This document shows, piece after piece, positions 1 to 10,040 of a stretch of DNA of 64,000 nucleotides (positions within the stretch are counted from its first letter, which is position 1; every line of letters begins with the position of its first letter). The DNA is from Lachnospiraceae bacterium (lineage in GTDB: Bacteria; Bacillota; Clostridia; Lachnospirales; Lachnospiraceae), in the NCBI GenBank assembly GCA_028692975.1, contig JAQUWF010000006.1:5363-69362 (forward strand), written 5' to 3'. The notes under the pieces were generated by a model. That model saw nothing but the letters and a program-made list of their open reading frames with translations. It ran no database searches and was not told where the DNA came from. The position numbers were made by a program, and so were the translations under genes.

Positions 1-364
1 TGCGATACTTCTCGTCCAAAGGTGCAAGCAGGTGATGCCATTCCGCCGCCTCAAAGTCCTCCTCATAAATGGGGATTTCTGGCAAATTGTCCGTATAAGT
101 CACTTGACTCCGGGCCTGCATGATGTCCTTACATTTGTTAATCAATATCCGGATCAGCCATGTCTTAAAGTATCGGTTCTGCTGCAATGTAGATAGTTTT
201 TCAAAACAACTGAGCACAGTGTCTGCGATAGCATCTGCAACGTCTTCGTCATTCTTCAAGTAGGCCCTGGCAACTTTGTACATGCTCTGCATCTGCATGT
301 CCATGAGACGACAGAAGGCATCCGAATCCCCTCGTTTCGCCCTTCTGAGCAATAACTCTGTCAT
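1..364 (-). CDS. RNA polymerase sigma-70 family (ECF-type) sigma factor, N-terminal part only; 3' end lies beyond the window start
   Basis: Open frame from ATG at 364-362 (AGGAGG just upstream) to the window edge. Hand translation MTELLLRRAKRGDSDAFCRLMD...YFKTWLIRILINKCKD resembles sigma-70 region 2 of ECF sigma factors. Absent from the ORF track because no stop lies in the window. Confidence 0.6.
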   Translation of the reverse strand, partial: MTELLLRRAKRGDSDAFCRLMDMQMQSMYKVARAYLKNDEDVADAIADTVLSCFEKLSTLQQNRYFKTWLIRILINKCKDIMQARSQVTYTDNLPEIPIYEEDFEAAEWHHLLAPLDEKYR

Positions 365-492
365 AGTTTCCTCCTGCTTCCATTGTAATCATATGATTGT
401 TCATATTGACCGGTCAAAAGCGTTTCTTATCTACGCTTCTGTACATTAGACGCTGCATTACATAAAAAGGATGCATTTATTTAAATTTTATT

Positions 493-1938
493 TCAAACTT
501 TTTTTATCCAGACGGAGACCGAGCCCCCATCCACGGTAAATTCAGCGCAGCCATCTGCGCCGATTATGACTTCCTGTTTCTGCTGTGCCGTCACATTATA
601 GAAGGTCTCCCCGCTGTGCCCGGTTCCCACGAACATATTTTTCTCACCGCCGGGTCCGTCTGTGATCAGCACTGCCACGCCGGAGTCCTTATGCTCCGCA
701 TCTCCCTCCAACGTCCAGCCCACCACATCAAAATCATCAAAATAGTCATGCTGCACACCGTAAAGCAAGTCACGGCGTACCTTGAGAAATACATCCAGAA
801 TGTCCTTGATTCCCGGTGCATTCTGGGACGGTATCCCGTAATAGTCCCCATAGAATACACAGGGGTAACCCTGCGGCCGCAGAAGGATCACCGCATAGGC
901 CAGCGGATCAAACCAGTCCATGATCGCACTCTCCAGGGCCTGACCCGGCTGGGTGTCATGGTTCTCCACAAAGGTCACTGCCTTCGTGGGGTTGGCCTGG
1001 ACCAGACTGTCGTCCAGGATCGTCCGCATATCAAAATGTCCGCTGCCATGACTGGCACGGAAGAAATTAAAATGCAGGGGCACATCAAACAATGACATGC
1101 TGTTGTCACATTTATCCAAATAATGCTCCAGGGCACTGACCTCCTGATGCCAGTATTCTCCCACCGCAAAAAGTTCTTTTTGATTATTTGCGCGCAATTT
1201 GCTCAGCCAGTTCTTAAAGAAATCAAACTTGATGTGCTTCACCGCGTCTATGCGGAATCCGTCCACACCGGTGGTATCCAGATACCACTGACCCCAGCGG
1301 TCCATCTCGTCCAAAACCTCCTGATTGGAAAAGCACACATCCGCCCCCATAAGATAATCATAATTGGCGTTCTCACCATCCACTTCCCCATCCCATGGTG
1401 TTCCGATGAAATTGTAGATACTGGACTTCTGCTTTCTCTGATCCCAGTCCACACCGTCAAAGTGCGTATATTTCCACTGAAAATCCGAATACTTGCCATT
1501 GCGTCCCGAGAAGGTGAATTTCGTCCATGCCTCAATATTTTCTTTTGCGGAAATCACCTGATTGCGGTTATTTCCAGCCGTTTCCACGGCCTCCACCTCC
1601 TCAATGCCGTCAGCACCCATCTTGTGGTTGAGCACAATATCCGCATAGACTGCAATGCCCTCTTTCTGCAGTGCCTTTATAGCATCCAGATACTCCTGTC
1701 TGGATCCGTATTTCGTCTCCACCGTACCCTTCTGATCGAATTCGCCCAGATCATACACGTCATAGACTCCGTATCCCACATCATGCACCCCAGCCTGACC
1801 CTTATAAGCCGGTGGCAGCCAGAGGCTGGTCACACCTGCTTTTGCCAGATCCTTCGCCTTTGCCGCCACCCGCTTCCAATGCTGTTTATCTTCCGGCAGA
1901 TACCATTCAAAATACTGCATCATAATCCCATTTGTCAT
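493..1938 (-). CDS. alpha-amylase, GH13, no signal peptide (cytoplasmic type)
   Basis: 481-aa ORF. N-terminus MQYFEWYLPEDKQHW, GFRIDAVKHI and FVENHD motifs are typical of the GH13 alpha-amylase catalytic core. GGAGGAG RBS 8 nt upstream. Confidence 0.9.
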   Translation of the reverse strand: MTNGIMMQYFEWYLPEDKQHWKRVAAKAKDLAKAGVTSLWLPPAYKGQAGVHDVGYGVYDVYDLGEFDQKGTVETKYGSRQEYLDAIKALQKEGIAVYADIVLNHKMGADGIEEVEAVETAGNNRNQVISAKENIEAWTKFTFSGRNGKYSDFQWKYTHFDGVDWDQRKQKSSIYNFIGTPWDGEVDGENANYDYLMGADVCFSNQEVLDEMDRWGQWYLDTTGVDGFRIDAVKHIKFDFFKNWLSKLRANNQKELFAVGEYWHQEVSALEHYLDKCDNSMSLFDVPLHFNFFRASHGSGHFDMRTILDDSLVQANPTKAVTFVENHDTQPGQALESAIMDWFDPLAYAVILLRPQGYPCVFYGDYYGIPSQNAPGIKDILDVFLKVRRDLLYGVQHDYFDDFDVVGWTLEGDAEHKDSGVAVLITDGPGGEKNMFVGTGHSGETFYNVTAQQKQEVIIGADGCAEFTVDGGSVSVWIKKV

Positions 1939-1998
1939 TTTTGTTTCTCCTCCAATGCTGTATACGAAAAGAAACAGTCCGAAGACTGTCCCTTCATT

Positions 1999-3582
1999 TT
2001 ATTTTTTCAATATGCCAAAGAGGCCTCGCACAATGCTGCGTGCCGCCTGGCTTCCGAATGAGTTCAGCGCGCTTTTGGCTACCCTAGCCACCTGCGCCTC
2101 TGCCTTTTTCTTCGCCGCTTCCGCTGCCTTTGCTTCTTTTGCTACCTCTCGTTCTGCGGCCGCCTGCTCCCTGGCTGCCTCTTTTGCTGCTGCCGCCGCT
2201 TCTTTTGCCGCTGCCGCATCCGCCTTGGCCTTGGCTGCTGCTTCTGCTTCTGCCTTGGCTTTTTCCTCAGCCGCCTTCTCTGCTTCTGCTGTCTGATTTG
2301 CCTTTTCAGTCAGTTTCTCATATGCTGACTCACGGTCTGCCATCGTATTGTATTTTGTACCCATGATCCCGGTCTCGATCATCTGCTTCATAACATCCGC
2401 ATCCACCGGTCCCATAAGGCTTTCCGGAGGCAGGATAAAGACACGTTCTACAATACCCGGCGTACCGTTTTCGTCCATAAAGGATACCAGTGCCTCACCG
2501 ATGCCCAGCGCCGTGATAGCCTCAAGGGTATCAAAGGCAGGATTGGGACGGAAGGTCTCAGCGGCTACTTTTACCGCCTTCTGATCCGATGGAGAGTAAG
2601 CCCGCAAGGCATGCTGTACACGGTTACCCAACTGGGAAAGTACCGTGTCCGGCACATCCGTAGGACTCTGGGTAATAAAATATATACCCACACCTTTGGA
2701 ACGGATCAGACGAACTACCTGCTCGATTTTATTTAGCAGTTCCTTAGGCGCATCATTAAATAAAAGATGGGCCTCATCAAAGAAGAATACCATCTTCGGT
2801 TTCTCCAGATCTCCCGCTTCCGGAAGCATTTCATAGAGTTCAGAGAGCATCCACAAAAGGAAGGTAGAATATAACGCCGGAACCTGGAACAGTTCTTCAC
2901 AATTCAAGACATTGATCAAACCGCGCCCGGAAGTGTCCACGGTCATCCAGTCATGCAGATCCAGTGCCGGTTCCCCAAAGAACTGCTCTGCCCCCTGCTG
3001 TTCCAGGGTCAGCAGTCCCCTCTGGATCGCACCGATGCTGGCGGTGGATACATTGCCGTACTGTGTCTTATACTCCGCGGCATTTTCGCCCACATACTGC
3101 ACCATGGCTTTGAGATCCTTCAGATCCAGCAGCAGCAACTGCTGGTCATCGGCTATCTTGAAGATAATATTCAGGATACCTTCCTGGGTATCATTCAGAT
3201 TCATAATACGTGATAAAAGCAGCGGTCCCATCTCAGAAACCGTTGTGCGCACCGGCGTTCCCTTTTTGCCGAACACATCCCAGTACGCAGTAGGATAAGA
3301 CTTGTACGTAAATCCCTTATCTGCCAGGCCGAATTTGGCAATGCGCTTCTGCATACCCTCACTGTCAACGCCCGGTTTGCTCATTCCGGAAAGATCGCCT
3401 TTGATATCGGACAGAAACACCGGTACACCGGCATCGCTGAAGGACTCTGCCATAACCTTCAGGGTAATGGTTTTGCCTGTTCCTGTTGCCCCTGCGATCA
3501 GGCCGTGTCTGTTGGCCATCTTCGGCAGAAGATAAACAGGATTGTCATTTTTCCCTATCCAAAGTTTGCTCTCGTAATACAT
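1999..3582 (-). CDS. DUF853 / YjgR-type HerA-like P-loop NTPase with an Ala/Lys/Glu-rich C-terminal tail
   Basis: 527-aa ORF. Walker A GATGTGKT near the N-terminus and FFFDEAH Walker B-like motif. The last approximately 100 aa are low-complexity (A/K/E) ending in an amphipathic segment. GAGGAGG RBS. Confidence 0.8.
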   Translation of the reverse strand: MYYESKLWIGKNDNPVYLLPKMANRHGLIAGATGTGKTITLKVMAESFSDAGVPVFLSDIKGDLSGMSKPGVDSEGMQKRIAKFGLADKGFTYKSYPTAYWDVFGKKGTPVRTTVSEMGPLLLSRIMNLNDTQEGILNIIFKIADDQQLLLLDLKDLKAMVQYVGENAAEYKTQYGNVSTASIGAIQRGLLTLEQQGAEQFFGEPALDLHDWMTVDTSGRGLINVLNCEELFQVPALYSTFLLWMLSELYEMLPEAGDLEKPKMVFFFDEAHLLFNDAPKELLNKIEQVVRLIRSKGVGIYFITQSPTDVPDTVLSQLGNRVQHALRAYSPSDQKAVKVAAETFRPNPAFDTLEAITALGIGEALVSFMDENGTPGIVERVFILPPESLMGPVDADVMKQMIETGIMGTKYNTMADRESAYEKLTEKANQTAEAEKAAEEKAKAEAEAAAKAKADAAAAKEAAAAAKEAAREQAAAEREVAKEAKAAEAAKKKAEAQVARVAKSALNSFGSQAARSIVRGLFGILKK

Positions 3583-3611
3583 GTCTTATCCTCCTCGTAC
3601 TAGTGTCTTTA

Positions 3612-4331
3612 TTACTCCAAAAACGGTGTAGAAGGTCCGTCCGGGTAGCTGCCCATGGAAATAAGCAGCTGCAGCCCAATCTCTCTGGCCCGCAGCACTG
3701 CATTCTTCACCGCACTGGCATCACCTGTGACTGCCAGGATCACTTCATTAGAATGGCTGGTGCCCTGATCCGGAGTCATGTATTTGACCGCCTCCACAGC
3801 CGCAGATTTCATAGCCGCGTCCGCCATAACGAGACCGATGGCCGCCGGTGAACCACACATAAAACCAAAAGCCTGATCCAACGGTGCGTCAAAAGCCATA
3901 TGCAGTGCCTGGCTTGCTCTTGCGGAATAAGCGAATTCCAGATGCCCTGCCTCGCTGATATACAGCTCCCCCGCGTATTTTCTAATCAATTCCAACGATA
4001 TTTCCACCGCCCGTCGTACATCGGAAACATCCTGTCCACCGATTATGATAAAGTTGCCGTGACCGCCCCAGCCCTTGGTATCTCTGGGGAGTTCAATAGA
4101 AAGCACCTCTGTGTTGGTACTCTTTACCGCATCATCCACCGCCGTGATCTGTCCCGCCGCACCTGTTCTGGAACTGATCAGCCCCAGAGCCACGTATTTC
4201 TTTGGAATATTCATTTTTTCCAACAGTCCGTCGTCAATGCGGGAAATAAGCAGGCCGATGGTGTCCAGCACCGTAGTCCCCACAAATTCCGTCAACTGAC
4301 AATCCATACTGATATTATGTACATCTATCAT
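3612..4331 (-). CDS. bacterial microcompartment shell protein, tandem-BMC (BMC-T) PduB-like, short form
   Basis: 239-aa ORF. LTEFVGT, IELPRDTKG, DVSDV and YSARASQALHMAFDAP strings match my recollection of Salmonella PduB almost motif for motif. It lacks the PduB N-terminal extension. Confidence 0.8.
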   Translation of the reverse strand: MIDVHNISMDCQLTEFVGTTVLDTIGLLISRIDDGLLEKMNIPKKYVALGLISSRTGAAGQITAVDDAVKSTNTEVLSIELPRDTKGWGGHGNFIIIGGQDVSDVRRAVEISLELIRKYAGELYISEAGHLEFAYSARASQALHMAFDAPLDQAFGFMCGSPAAIGLVMADAAMKSAAVEAVKYMTPDQGTSHSNEVILAVTGDASAVKNAVLRAREIGLQLLISMGSYPDGPSTPFLE

Positions 4332-4343
4332 GATTTCGCACCC

Positions 4344-6293
4344 TTACTTTTCAATAATAATACCGCTGCGGTAAGCCTCCAACAGCTGTTCCAGTTCCTT
4401 GATACGTTCCTTTAGTGCCTTGCCGTTATCCGTATCCCCCACGACCATACGTTTCGGCCGCAGTTCTACCATGACCCGGTTCTGATGGATATCTGTTCCG
4501 TGCTCGATAGCATATTCTGCCGAGGTAAACGGCTCATGGGCCACCAGCATCATGCCGTAGGAATTAAAGATCAGCGTATAGCCCGCGATGCCAGTCTTAC
4601 TCTGGTACGCCTTAGAGAATCCGCCGTCAATAACCAGCACCTTGCCATTGCACCGCATGGGGCTCTCGCCCTCCTTGGTCAGCACCGGCACATGCCCATT
4701 GATGATATGGGTAAATTCCCTGCCAAGACCGAATTCCTTCAATATATTATCCACCACGTCCTCCCTGTCGATGAGGCTGTAGTAAGGATTTTTCTTTTCC
4801 ACATGGGTTTCCTTATCCGCAATAAAATACCGCTCAAAAGTAGCCATCTTGTCCTTGCCGAACAGCGGTGAATTCTTATTGCACCAGATATACCAGAGGA
4901 TGTCTCTGCCCTGTGCCTTCTTCACCGGATCCAGCGCGAAAAACGCACGGCGCACATAGGTATCCAGCGCATCATACAATGCTTTGCCCTTATATTTCCT
5001 ACCGAATAAATCCACTTCCAGAAAGTCACCGTTCTCATCCAGCGGAATACAGCCATGATACAGGAGATTATCATTGAACACCTTATACAGGCTGCCTTTG
5101 TTCAGCAAAAGAAGCATGTGCTTCTGTAGTTTGTCACAGTTATCAAAAGCGATCTGAAGACGCTCCATAACACTGGCCTCTTCCTCACTGAGCTTATAGG
5201 GATGTTCCGGATCCACCGTGGGGAAATTCTTATCGGTCAGTTCATACTCTTTTCCGTCCAGAGTAATAGTCTCTCTCTCATAATCGATCTTATCCAGCAA
5301 GGCACGGTGCTGCATTTCAAACTCCGGCCGATCCATGACCAGCTGCCCCTCCAATTTGAACTGGATAACGGAAATAGCCTTATGCATCATAATATTGAGT
5401 TCCACTTCGGCTAGGGTCAGGCTGCCTTCACCCTTGGTCTGGAAATTCACACAGGGGTCGCCTTTATACGCCTCCATGGCAAAGGTTGCCAGGGGAAGCA
5501 GATTGATCCCATAGCCTTCCTCCAGCATGTCCAGATTGCCATAGCGGGCACAGATGCGGACCACTGTGGCGATACATGCAGTCTGTCCTGCTGCCGCCCC
5601 CATCCAGACGATATCGTGATTGCCCCACTGGATATCCAACGAATGATAATCCACAAGCTTGTCCATAATATTGTCAGCGCCGGAACCACGATCGTAAATA
5701 TCGCCAAGAATATGTAAGTGATCCACCACCAGACGCTGGATCAGTTCCGATAATGCCTCGATAAATTCCTCCGCACGCCCTATGGAAATAATCGTACGAA
5801 CAATCTCCTCGTAATAATCTTCCTTATCCTGCACCTCGGATTTCTCCGTGATCAGTTCGTCAATAACATAGGCAAAATCAGGCGGCAGGGCCTTTCGCAC
5901 CTTGGATCTTGTATATTTGGATGCCACCCTCTTGCACACTTCAATCAGCCGATACAGCGTGATCTTGTACCAGTCATCCATATGTTCCTCGGTTTTTGCC
6001 ACCAGATTCATCTTCTCCCTTGGATAATAAATCAGCGTAGCCAGTTCCCGTTTTTCATTATTTCCCAGTGTATGTCCGAATACCTCATCTATTTTCTTGC
6101 GCACAGACCCGGATCCATTCCGCAGCACATGGGAGAATGCTTCATACTCCCCATGAATATCTGTAATAAAATGCTCCGTTCCCTTTGGTAAATTTAAAAT
6201 AGACTGTAAATTAATAATCTCCGTAGAAGCCTTGGAAATCGTTGGATACAGTTCCGCCATCCTTTGTAAATACTTGAATTCCATATCGTTCAT
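4344..6293 (-). CDS. fbp: fructose-1,6-bisphosphatase class 3
   Basis: Long ORF with the Firmicute class 3 FBPase architecture (metallophosphoesterase core GDIYDRG, GNHD). Start moved to ATG at 6293, which has GGGAGG 5 nt upstream; the track ORF starts 8 codons earlier without an RBS. Confidence 0.9.
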   Translation of the reverse strand: MNDMEFKYLQRMAELYPTISKASTEIINLQSILNLPKGTEHFITDIHGEYEAFSHVLRNGSGSVRKKIDEVFGHTLGNNEKRELATLIYYPREKMNLVAKTEEHMDDWYKITLYRLIEVCKRVASKYTRSKVRKALPPDFAYVIDELITEKSEVQDKEDYYEEIVRTIISIGRAEEFIEALSELIQRLVVDHLHILGDIYDRGSGADNIMDKLVDYHSLDIQWGNHDIVWMGAAAGQTACIATVVRICARYGNLDMLEEGYGINLLPLATFAMEAYKGDPCVNFQTKGEGSLTLAEVELNIMMHKAISVIQFKLEGQLVMDRPEFEMQHRALLDKIDYERETITLDGKEYELTDKNFPTVDPEHPYKLSEEEASVMERLQIAFDNCDKLQKHMLLLLNKGSLYKVFNDNLLYHGCIPLDENGDFLEVDLFGRKYKGKALYDALDTYVRRAFFALDPVKKAQGRDILWYIWCNKNSPLFGKDKMATFERYFIADKETHVEKKNPYYSLIDREDVVDNILKEFGLGREFTHIINGHVPVLTKEGESPMRCNGKVLVIDGGFSKAYQSKTGIAGYTLIFNSYGMMLVAHEPFTSAEYAIEHGTDIHQNRVMVELRPKRMVVGDTDNGKALKERIKELEQLLEAYRSGIIIEK

Positions 6294-6350
6294 AGGAACC
6301 TCCCAGCGTAAAGCCATTTTTTTATTAGCGTGAAAACCAATCCTGTGTTT

Positions 6351-7823
6351 TTATTTGTCATCCCAGTCATCCAGTCCCGCGGTGGGCCTGTTCGGATCAA
6401 AGACCGTGGCCGGGTCAAAAAGTTCTGTCAGTTTGTTGGCACCGTTATGAATATCCTGATACATACGGTACCCATCCAGATTGATTCTGCCCTGGCGCAC
6501 ATAATCCTGTGTGATCTGCACCCAGTACAGATTAGAATCCACATTGCAGAAGAATCGGAAGCCCTGTCCTTTCAGATACTGATACGTCTCATTAGTATCC
6601 TCGTATTCGGTCCAGGAGCCGATATCCGTTCCGAATGGATAAATGATGATATCCGTCGGTCCGATCACATTGGCCACACGCTCCTGCCATTTGTCCGCAT
6701 CCGTCTTGACCTTGTCGAAGCTGCTGCCATAACTGATATGTCCGTAACTGTGACTGGCGAATTCCCAGCCATCATCCTTCAATGCCTGCACCACAGGTTT
6801 TGCCTTTTCTATCTCTGCCTGATAATCAAAAACGCCGTACTCCGTGGCATTTTTGTTGCCTTCCTCCGCAGTCTTTGCCAGATCCGGGTCCGTGCGGTAG
6901 CCCAGTACCCCATTGTATCCGGTCAGCGCCAGAATACCCTTGGCACCCTTATAAGAAAAATCGGGATGTGCTTCGATAAAGTCATCCAGGCACGGCACCA
7001 CATCGTAGGAGCCTGTCACCACGGTCCCATCCTGCTGGGTATATTCGTTGGTCGGCTTGCCGTCCTCGCCCACGATTAGCTTGTCTGCATAACCGTCGCC
7101 AGTCATATAGAAGTAATAACTCACATCATCCTGTGACAGTACGAAAGGCTTTTTGCCTTCAGGAAGCATAAGATTTTCATTTTTCGCAAAAGAAATATTC
7201 CCATCCGCATCCGTAGTTTCCACCACAAGATCCCGGATGTTCACCAGCACATACCCCCGGTCATACATCTGCTGCATGATCTTATTGAACTCATCGATAG
7301 TGGTCATGACCTGATTATAATCGGCGATCTTATATTCATTTGCCCCGGTAAGATTCCATGTAATAGATGGGTCCGCCACCAATGTATGGAAAAACACATG
7401 GCTGACCGTCTCCACATCCACGGGCACCAGCTTGGTCTTTGCAGCCTCATACTCTGCGATCTTGCCTGTAATCGTCGCATTTCCGGCATAATCCGGTATA
7501 GCCTGCAGCTGCTGGATCGCGCCGTCATAGTCGTACCCCATAGCCGTCACTTCCGCCTGGGCGATCAGAACATTCTCCGCATCCGCTTCCTTTTGTACCT
7601 CCGCCTCCTGTGCCGCCGCAGCCGCCGCCTCTTCCTGCTTTTTCGCTTCTTTATTTTTGATCACAGCCCGAACGCCGAATATGGTGCCAAAGATGATCAG
7701 CAGCAGTGCTGCAACACATGCCGCCCGCATCATATATGCCTTGCGTCTTCTCTTTCTTCTCCGCTCCAGCTGTGCTTTGGACAGCTGCCGCTGCCCGGTA
7801 CTCTTTCCTCTTTCGTCCCCCAT
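6351..7823 (-). CDS. membrane-anchored polysaccharide deacetylase (NodB/CE4-like) family protein
   Basis: 490-aa ORF with a basic N-terminus (RRRKRRRK), one TM helix and an extracellular domain carrying LSQDDVSYY and HSYGH motifs consistent with the CE4 Asp-Asp and His-x-x-x-His metal motifs. Confidence 0.7.
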   Translation of the reverse strand: MGDERGKSTGQRQLSKAQLERRRKRRRKAYMMRAACVAALLLIIFGTIFGVRAVIKNKEAKKQEEAAAAAAQEAEVQKEADAENVLIAQAEVTAMGYDYDGAIQQLQAIPDYAGNATITGKIAEYEAAKTKLVPVDVETVSHVFFHTLVADPSITWNLTGANEYKIADYNQVMTTIDEFNKIMQQMYDRGYVLVNIRDLVVETTDADGNISFAKNENLMLPEGKKPFVLSQDDVSYYFYMTGDGYADKLIVGEDGKPTNEYTQQDGTVVTGSYDVVPCLDDFIEAHPDFSYKGAKGILALTGYNGVLGYRTDPDLAKTAEEGNKNATEYGVFDYQAEIEKAKPVVQALKDDGWEFASHSYGHISYGSSFDKVKTDADKWQERVANVIGPTDIIIYPFGTDIGSWTEYEDTNETYQYLKGQGFRFFCNVDSNLYWVQITQDYVRQGRINLDGYRMYQDIHNGANKLTELFDPATVFDPNRPTAGLDDWDDK

Positions 7824-7837
7824 ATAGATGCTCTCCT

Positions 7838-9325
7838 TTAGCCTTTTCCGGATGCCACAACCGGCGTCGGCCTCCTTGAGTCAAAGATGCTGGCCGGATC
7901 GTCAAAGAAGTCATCCAGCACATCGGTCTGGCCCTGATTTGCCTTATACAGCATATAACCGTCAAGATTGATACGCCCCTGACGCACATAACTGTCGCTG
8001 ATCTGTTCCCAGTATTTCTGGGAACCATCTACATTACAGTAGTAGTTAAAGCCCTGGCTCTTATAATATGCATACTGTGGATTATCATCCGTATATCCCT
8101 TCCAGCTGCCAATATCCGCGCCATGGGCAAAGATAATAATCTCTGTTGGTCCAACGATATTTTCCACTGTTGCTTTCCATTTCTCACAGTCTGCCTGCAG
8201 AGTCTCCACACTCTTGCCTGTTACCAGCAAATGTCCCCATGTATGACATGCGAACTGCCAGCCGGATTCCTTTATGGCATCTGCAATCTTTGTGGCGTCC
8301 GCCACATCCTGATCCCAGTTAAAGTCCGGGTGCTCCGCCAGCCATTCGCTCTGGTCGGTCTGCAGATTTTCACCGGTCTTATATGCCACATCAGTACGAT
8401 AGCCAAACACGCCATTATATCCGGTCATGGCGATCATTCCTCTGGCCCCTTTATATGCCCCGTCGGGATGTGCCTCCAGGAATGTATTCAGCCGCGGCAC
8501 TACATCGTAGTCACCCAGCGTCGTATTTCCATCTGCATCCGTATACTGGCATTTCACTTTATTATTTTCATCCAGCACCATTTTCTCCGGATAACCGGCC
8601 AGTTTGTAAGAATGATAATAACTCAGGTCGTCTATGGACAGGACGATCGGCTTCTTATCTGCCGGAAGCTTCAGGTCCGTATTCTTGGTAAAATGAACCG
8701 TTCCATCCTCATCTTTTGTCTCTTTGACCAGATCGGTCAGCCGCACGTACACGTATCCATTGTCATACAGCTGCTGGGTAATATTATCAAACTCCTCCAC
8801 CGTGGTCATCCAGGCATTCTGCCCGCCCACGGAAGACTTGCCAAGCGTTTCCACATTAAAGGCCCTGTTTGTATCATTGATCAGAGAATGATAGAAAATA
8901 TGCGGCACCTTGGTCACATCCACCTGTACCAGCGTGGATTTGGTCGCCGTGAATCCGGCTATGGCTGCAATAATATCTGCATCTTCCTCATATCCGTCTA
9001 TGGTCTCCAGCAATGCAATAGCCCCATCGTAATCATAACCCTGGGCCATGGTATTTGCCTGGGCTATCATATCCTTTCGCTGCTGGATCTTTTGTTCCTC
9101 CGCCTGGATTTCTGCCTCCTTGGCCGCTTTTTCTTCCTGTTTTCTGGTATCATGGCTCTTGATGCCTGCAGAAACTGCCCAGATACCGCCAGCCAGCACC
9201 AGCAGGACTACCGCCAGTGAAACTGCCCGCAGAATAAGCGCCTTGCGGCGTTTTATTCTCCGCCGCTCCAGTTGTGCCTTCGTAGGCCTCCGCCGGTTCT
9301 GCCCCTGTTCATTTTGTGTACTCAT
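7838..9325 (-). CDS. membrane-anchored polysaccharide deacetylase family protein, tandem paralog of 6351-7823
   Basis: 495-aa ORF with the same architecture and colinear similarity to its neighbour (KAQLERRR..., LSIDDLSYY, HTWGH, YVRQGRINLDGY shared). Confidence 0.7.
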   Translation of the reverse strand: MSTQNEQGQNRRRPTKAQLERRRIKRRKALILRAVSLAVVLLVLAGGIWAVSAGIKSHDTRKQEEKAAKEAEIQAEEQKIQQRKDMIAQANTMAQGYDYDGAIALLETIDGYEEDADIIAAIAGFTATKSTLVQVDVTKVPHIFYHSLINDTNRAFNVETLGKSSVGGQNAWMTTVEEFDNITQQLYDNGYVYVRLTDLVKETKDEDGTVHFTKNTDLKLPADKKPIVLSIDDLSYYHSYKLAGYPEKMVLDENNKVKCQYTDADGNTTLGDYDVVPRLNTFLEAHPDGAYKGARGMIAMTGYNGVFGYRTDVAYKTGENLQTDQSEWLAEHPDFNWDQDVADATKIADAIKESGWQFACHTWGHLLVTGKSVETLQADCEKWKATVENIVGPTEIIIFAHGADIGSWKGYTDDNPQYAYYKSQGFNYYCNVDGSQKYWEQISDSYVRQGRINLDGYMLYKANQGQTDVLDDFFDDPASIFDSRRPTPVVASGKG

Positions 9326-9521
9326 AATAAAAATATTCCCTTCTTTATCCTGTCTTTCGTCTGTAAACTACAGTGTTTTTCTTTTTCTAAGTATAACATG
9401 AACCGCCGCTTCATGAAAGCCCTTCTATACACGCTTAAACACTTTATTTCGGATTTCTAATTGCCTTTTCAGAAGAACAATGCTAAAATGATTTAGATAT
9501 AAAAAAAGAGGAGGAAGAAAA

Positions 9522-9983
9522 ATGAGCGTTTGGTCCATTTTATTAATTATACTGGGAGTACTGATCGTAATTCTCGCCGTCCTGTTCTTCGTCGGAAAGC
9601 GTATGCAGAAAAAACAGGCCGCGCAGCAGGAACAGATGGAAGCAGCAAAACAACAGGTAAGTATGTTGATTATTGATAAGAAACGATTACGCATCAAAGA
9701 ATCCGGTCTGCCACAGATGGTTATTGATCAGACACCGAAGTTGATGCGCCGCAGCAAATTACCTATCGTCAAAGCAAAAGTTGGTCCGAAGATCATGACC
9801 CTGGTAGCTGACGAGCGTATCTACGACCTGATTCCTATCAAGAAGGAAGTCAAAGCAGAAGTCAGCGGTATCTACATCACCAGCGTACGCGGTGTACGTG
9901 GTCCCCTGGAAGCACCGAAAAAGAAACAGGGATTTTTCAAACGTATGCGCATGAAAGCCATGGATGCCACACGAAGCAAATAA
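9522..9983 (+). CDS. hypothetical membrane-anchored protein, basic C-terminus
   Basis: 153-aa ORF with a very strong RBS (AGAGGAGGAAG), one N-terminal TM helix, and a terminator hairpin directly downstream. No family recognised. Confidence 0.5.
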   Translation: MSVWSILLIILGVLIVILAVLFFVGKRMQKKQAAQQEQMEAAKQQVSMLIIDKKRLRIKESGLPQMVIDQTPKLMRRSKLPIVKAKVGPKIMTLVADERIYDLIPIKKEVKAEVSGIYITSVRGVRGPLEAPKKKQGFFKRMRMKAMDATRSK

Positions 9984-9993
9984 GCAAAATAAT

Positions 9994-10040
9994 CCCCGGA
10001 AAGCAATCGGCATAAGCCAACGTTTTCCGGGGTATTTTTA
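9994..10040. terminator. bidirectional intrinsic terminator between convergent genes
   Basis: CCCCGGAAA (9994-10002) pairs with TTTCCGGGG (10024-10032), followed by TATTTTTA. It sits between the 9983 and 10038 gene ends. Confidence 0.6.

Noticed and set aside
406-417. Perfect palindrome TTGACCGGTCAA upstream of the partial sigma-factor gene as an operator or promoter (-35 TTGACC with TATGAT 18 nt downstream)
   Set aside because: It is plausible but unsupported. ECF sigma genes are usually autoregulated from ECF-type promoters (AAC...CGT-like), which I do not see. This is a single occurrence, so it is not annotated.
2130-2366. Leu/Pro- and Ala-rich plus-strand ORFs (1955-2296, 2130-2366)
   Set aside because: They are antisense or out-of-frame readings of the low-complexity Ala/Lys/Glu tail of the DUF853 ATPase gene.
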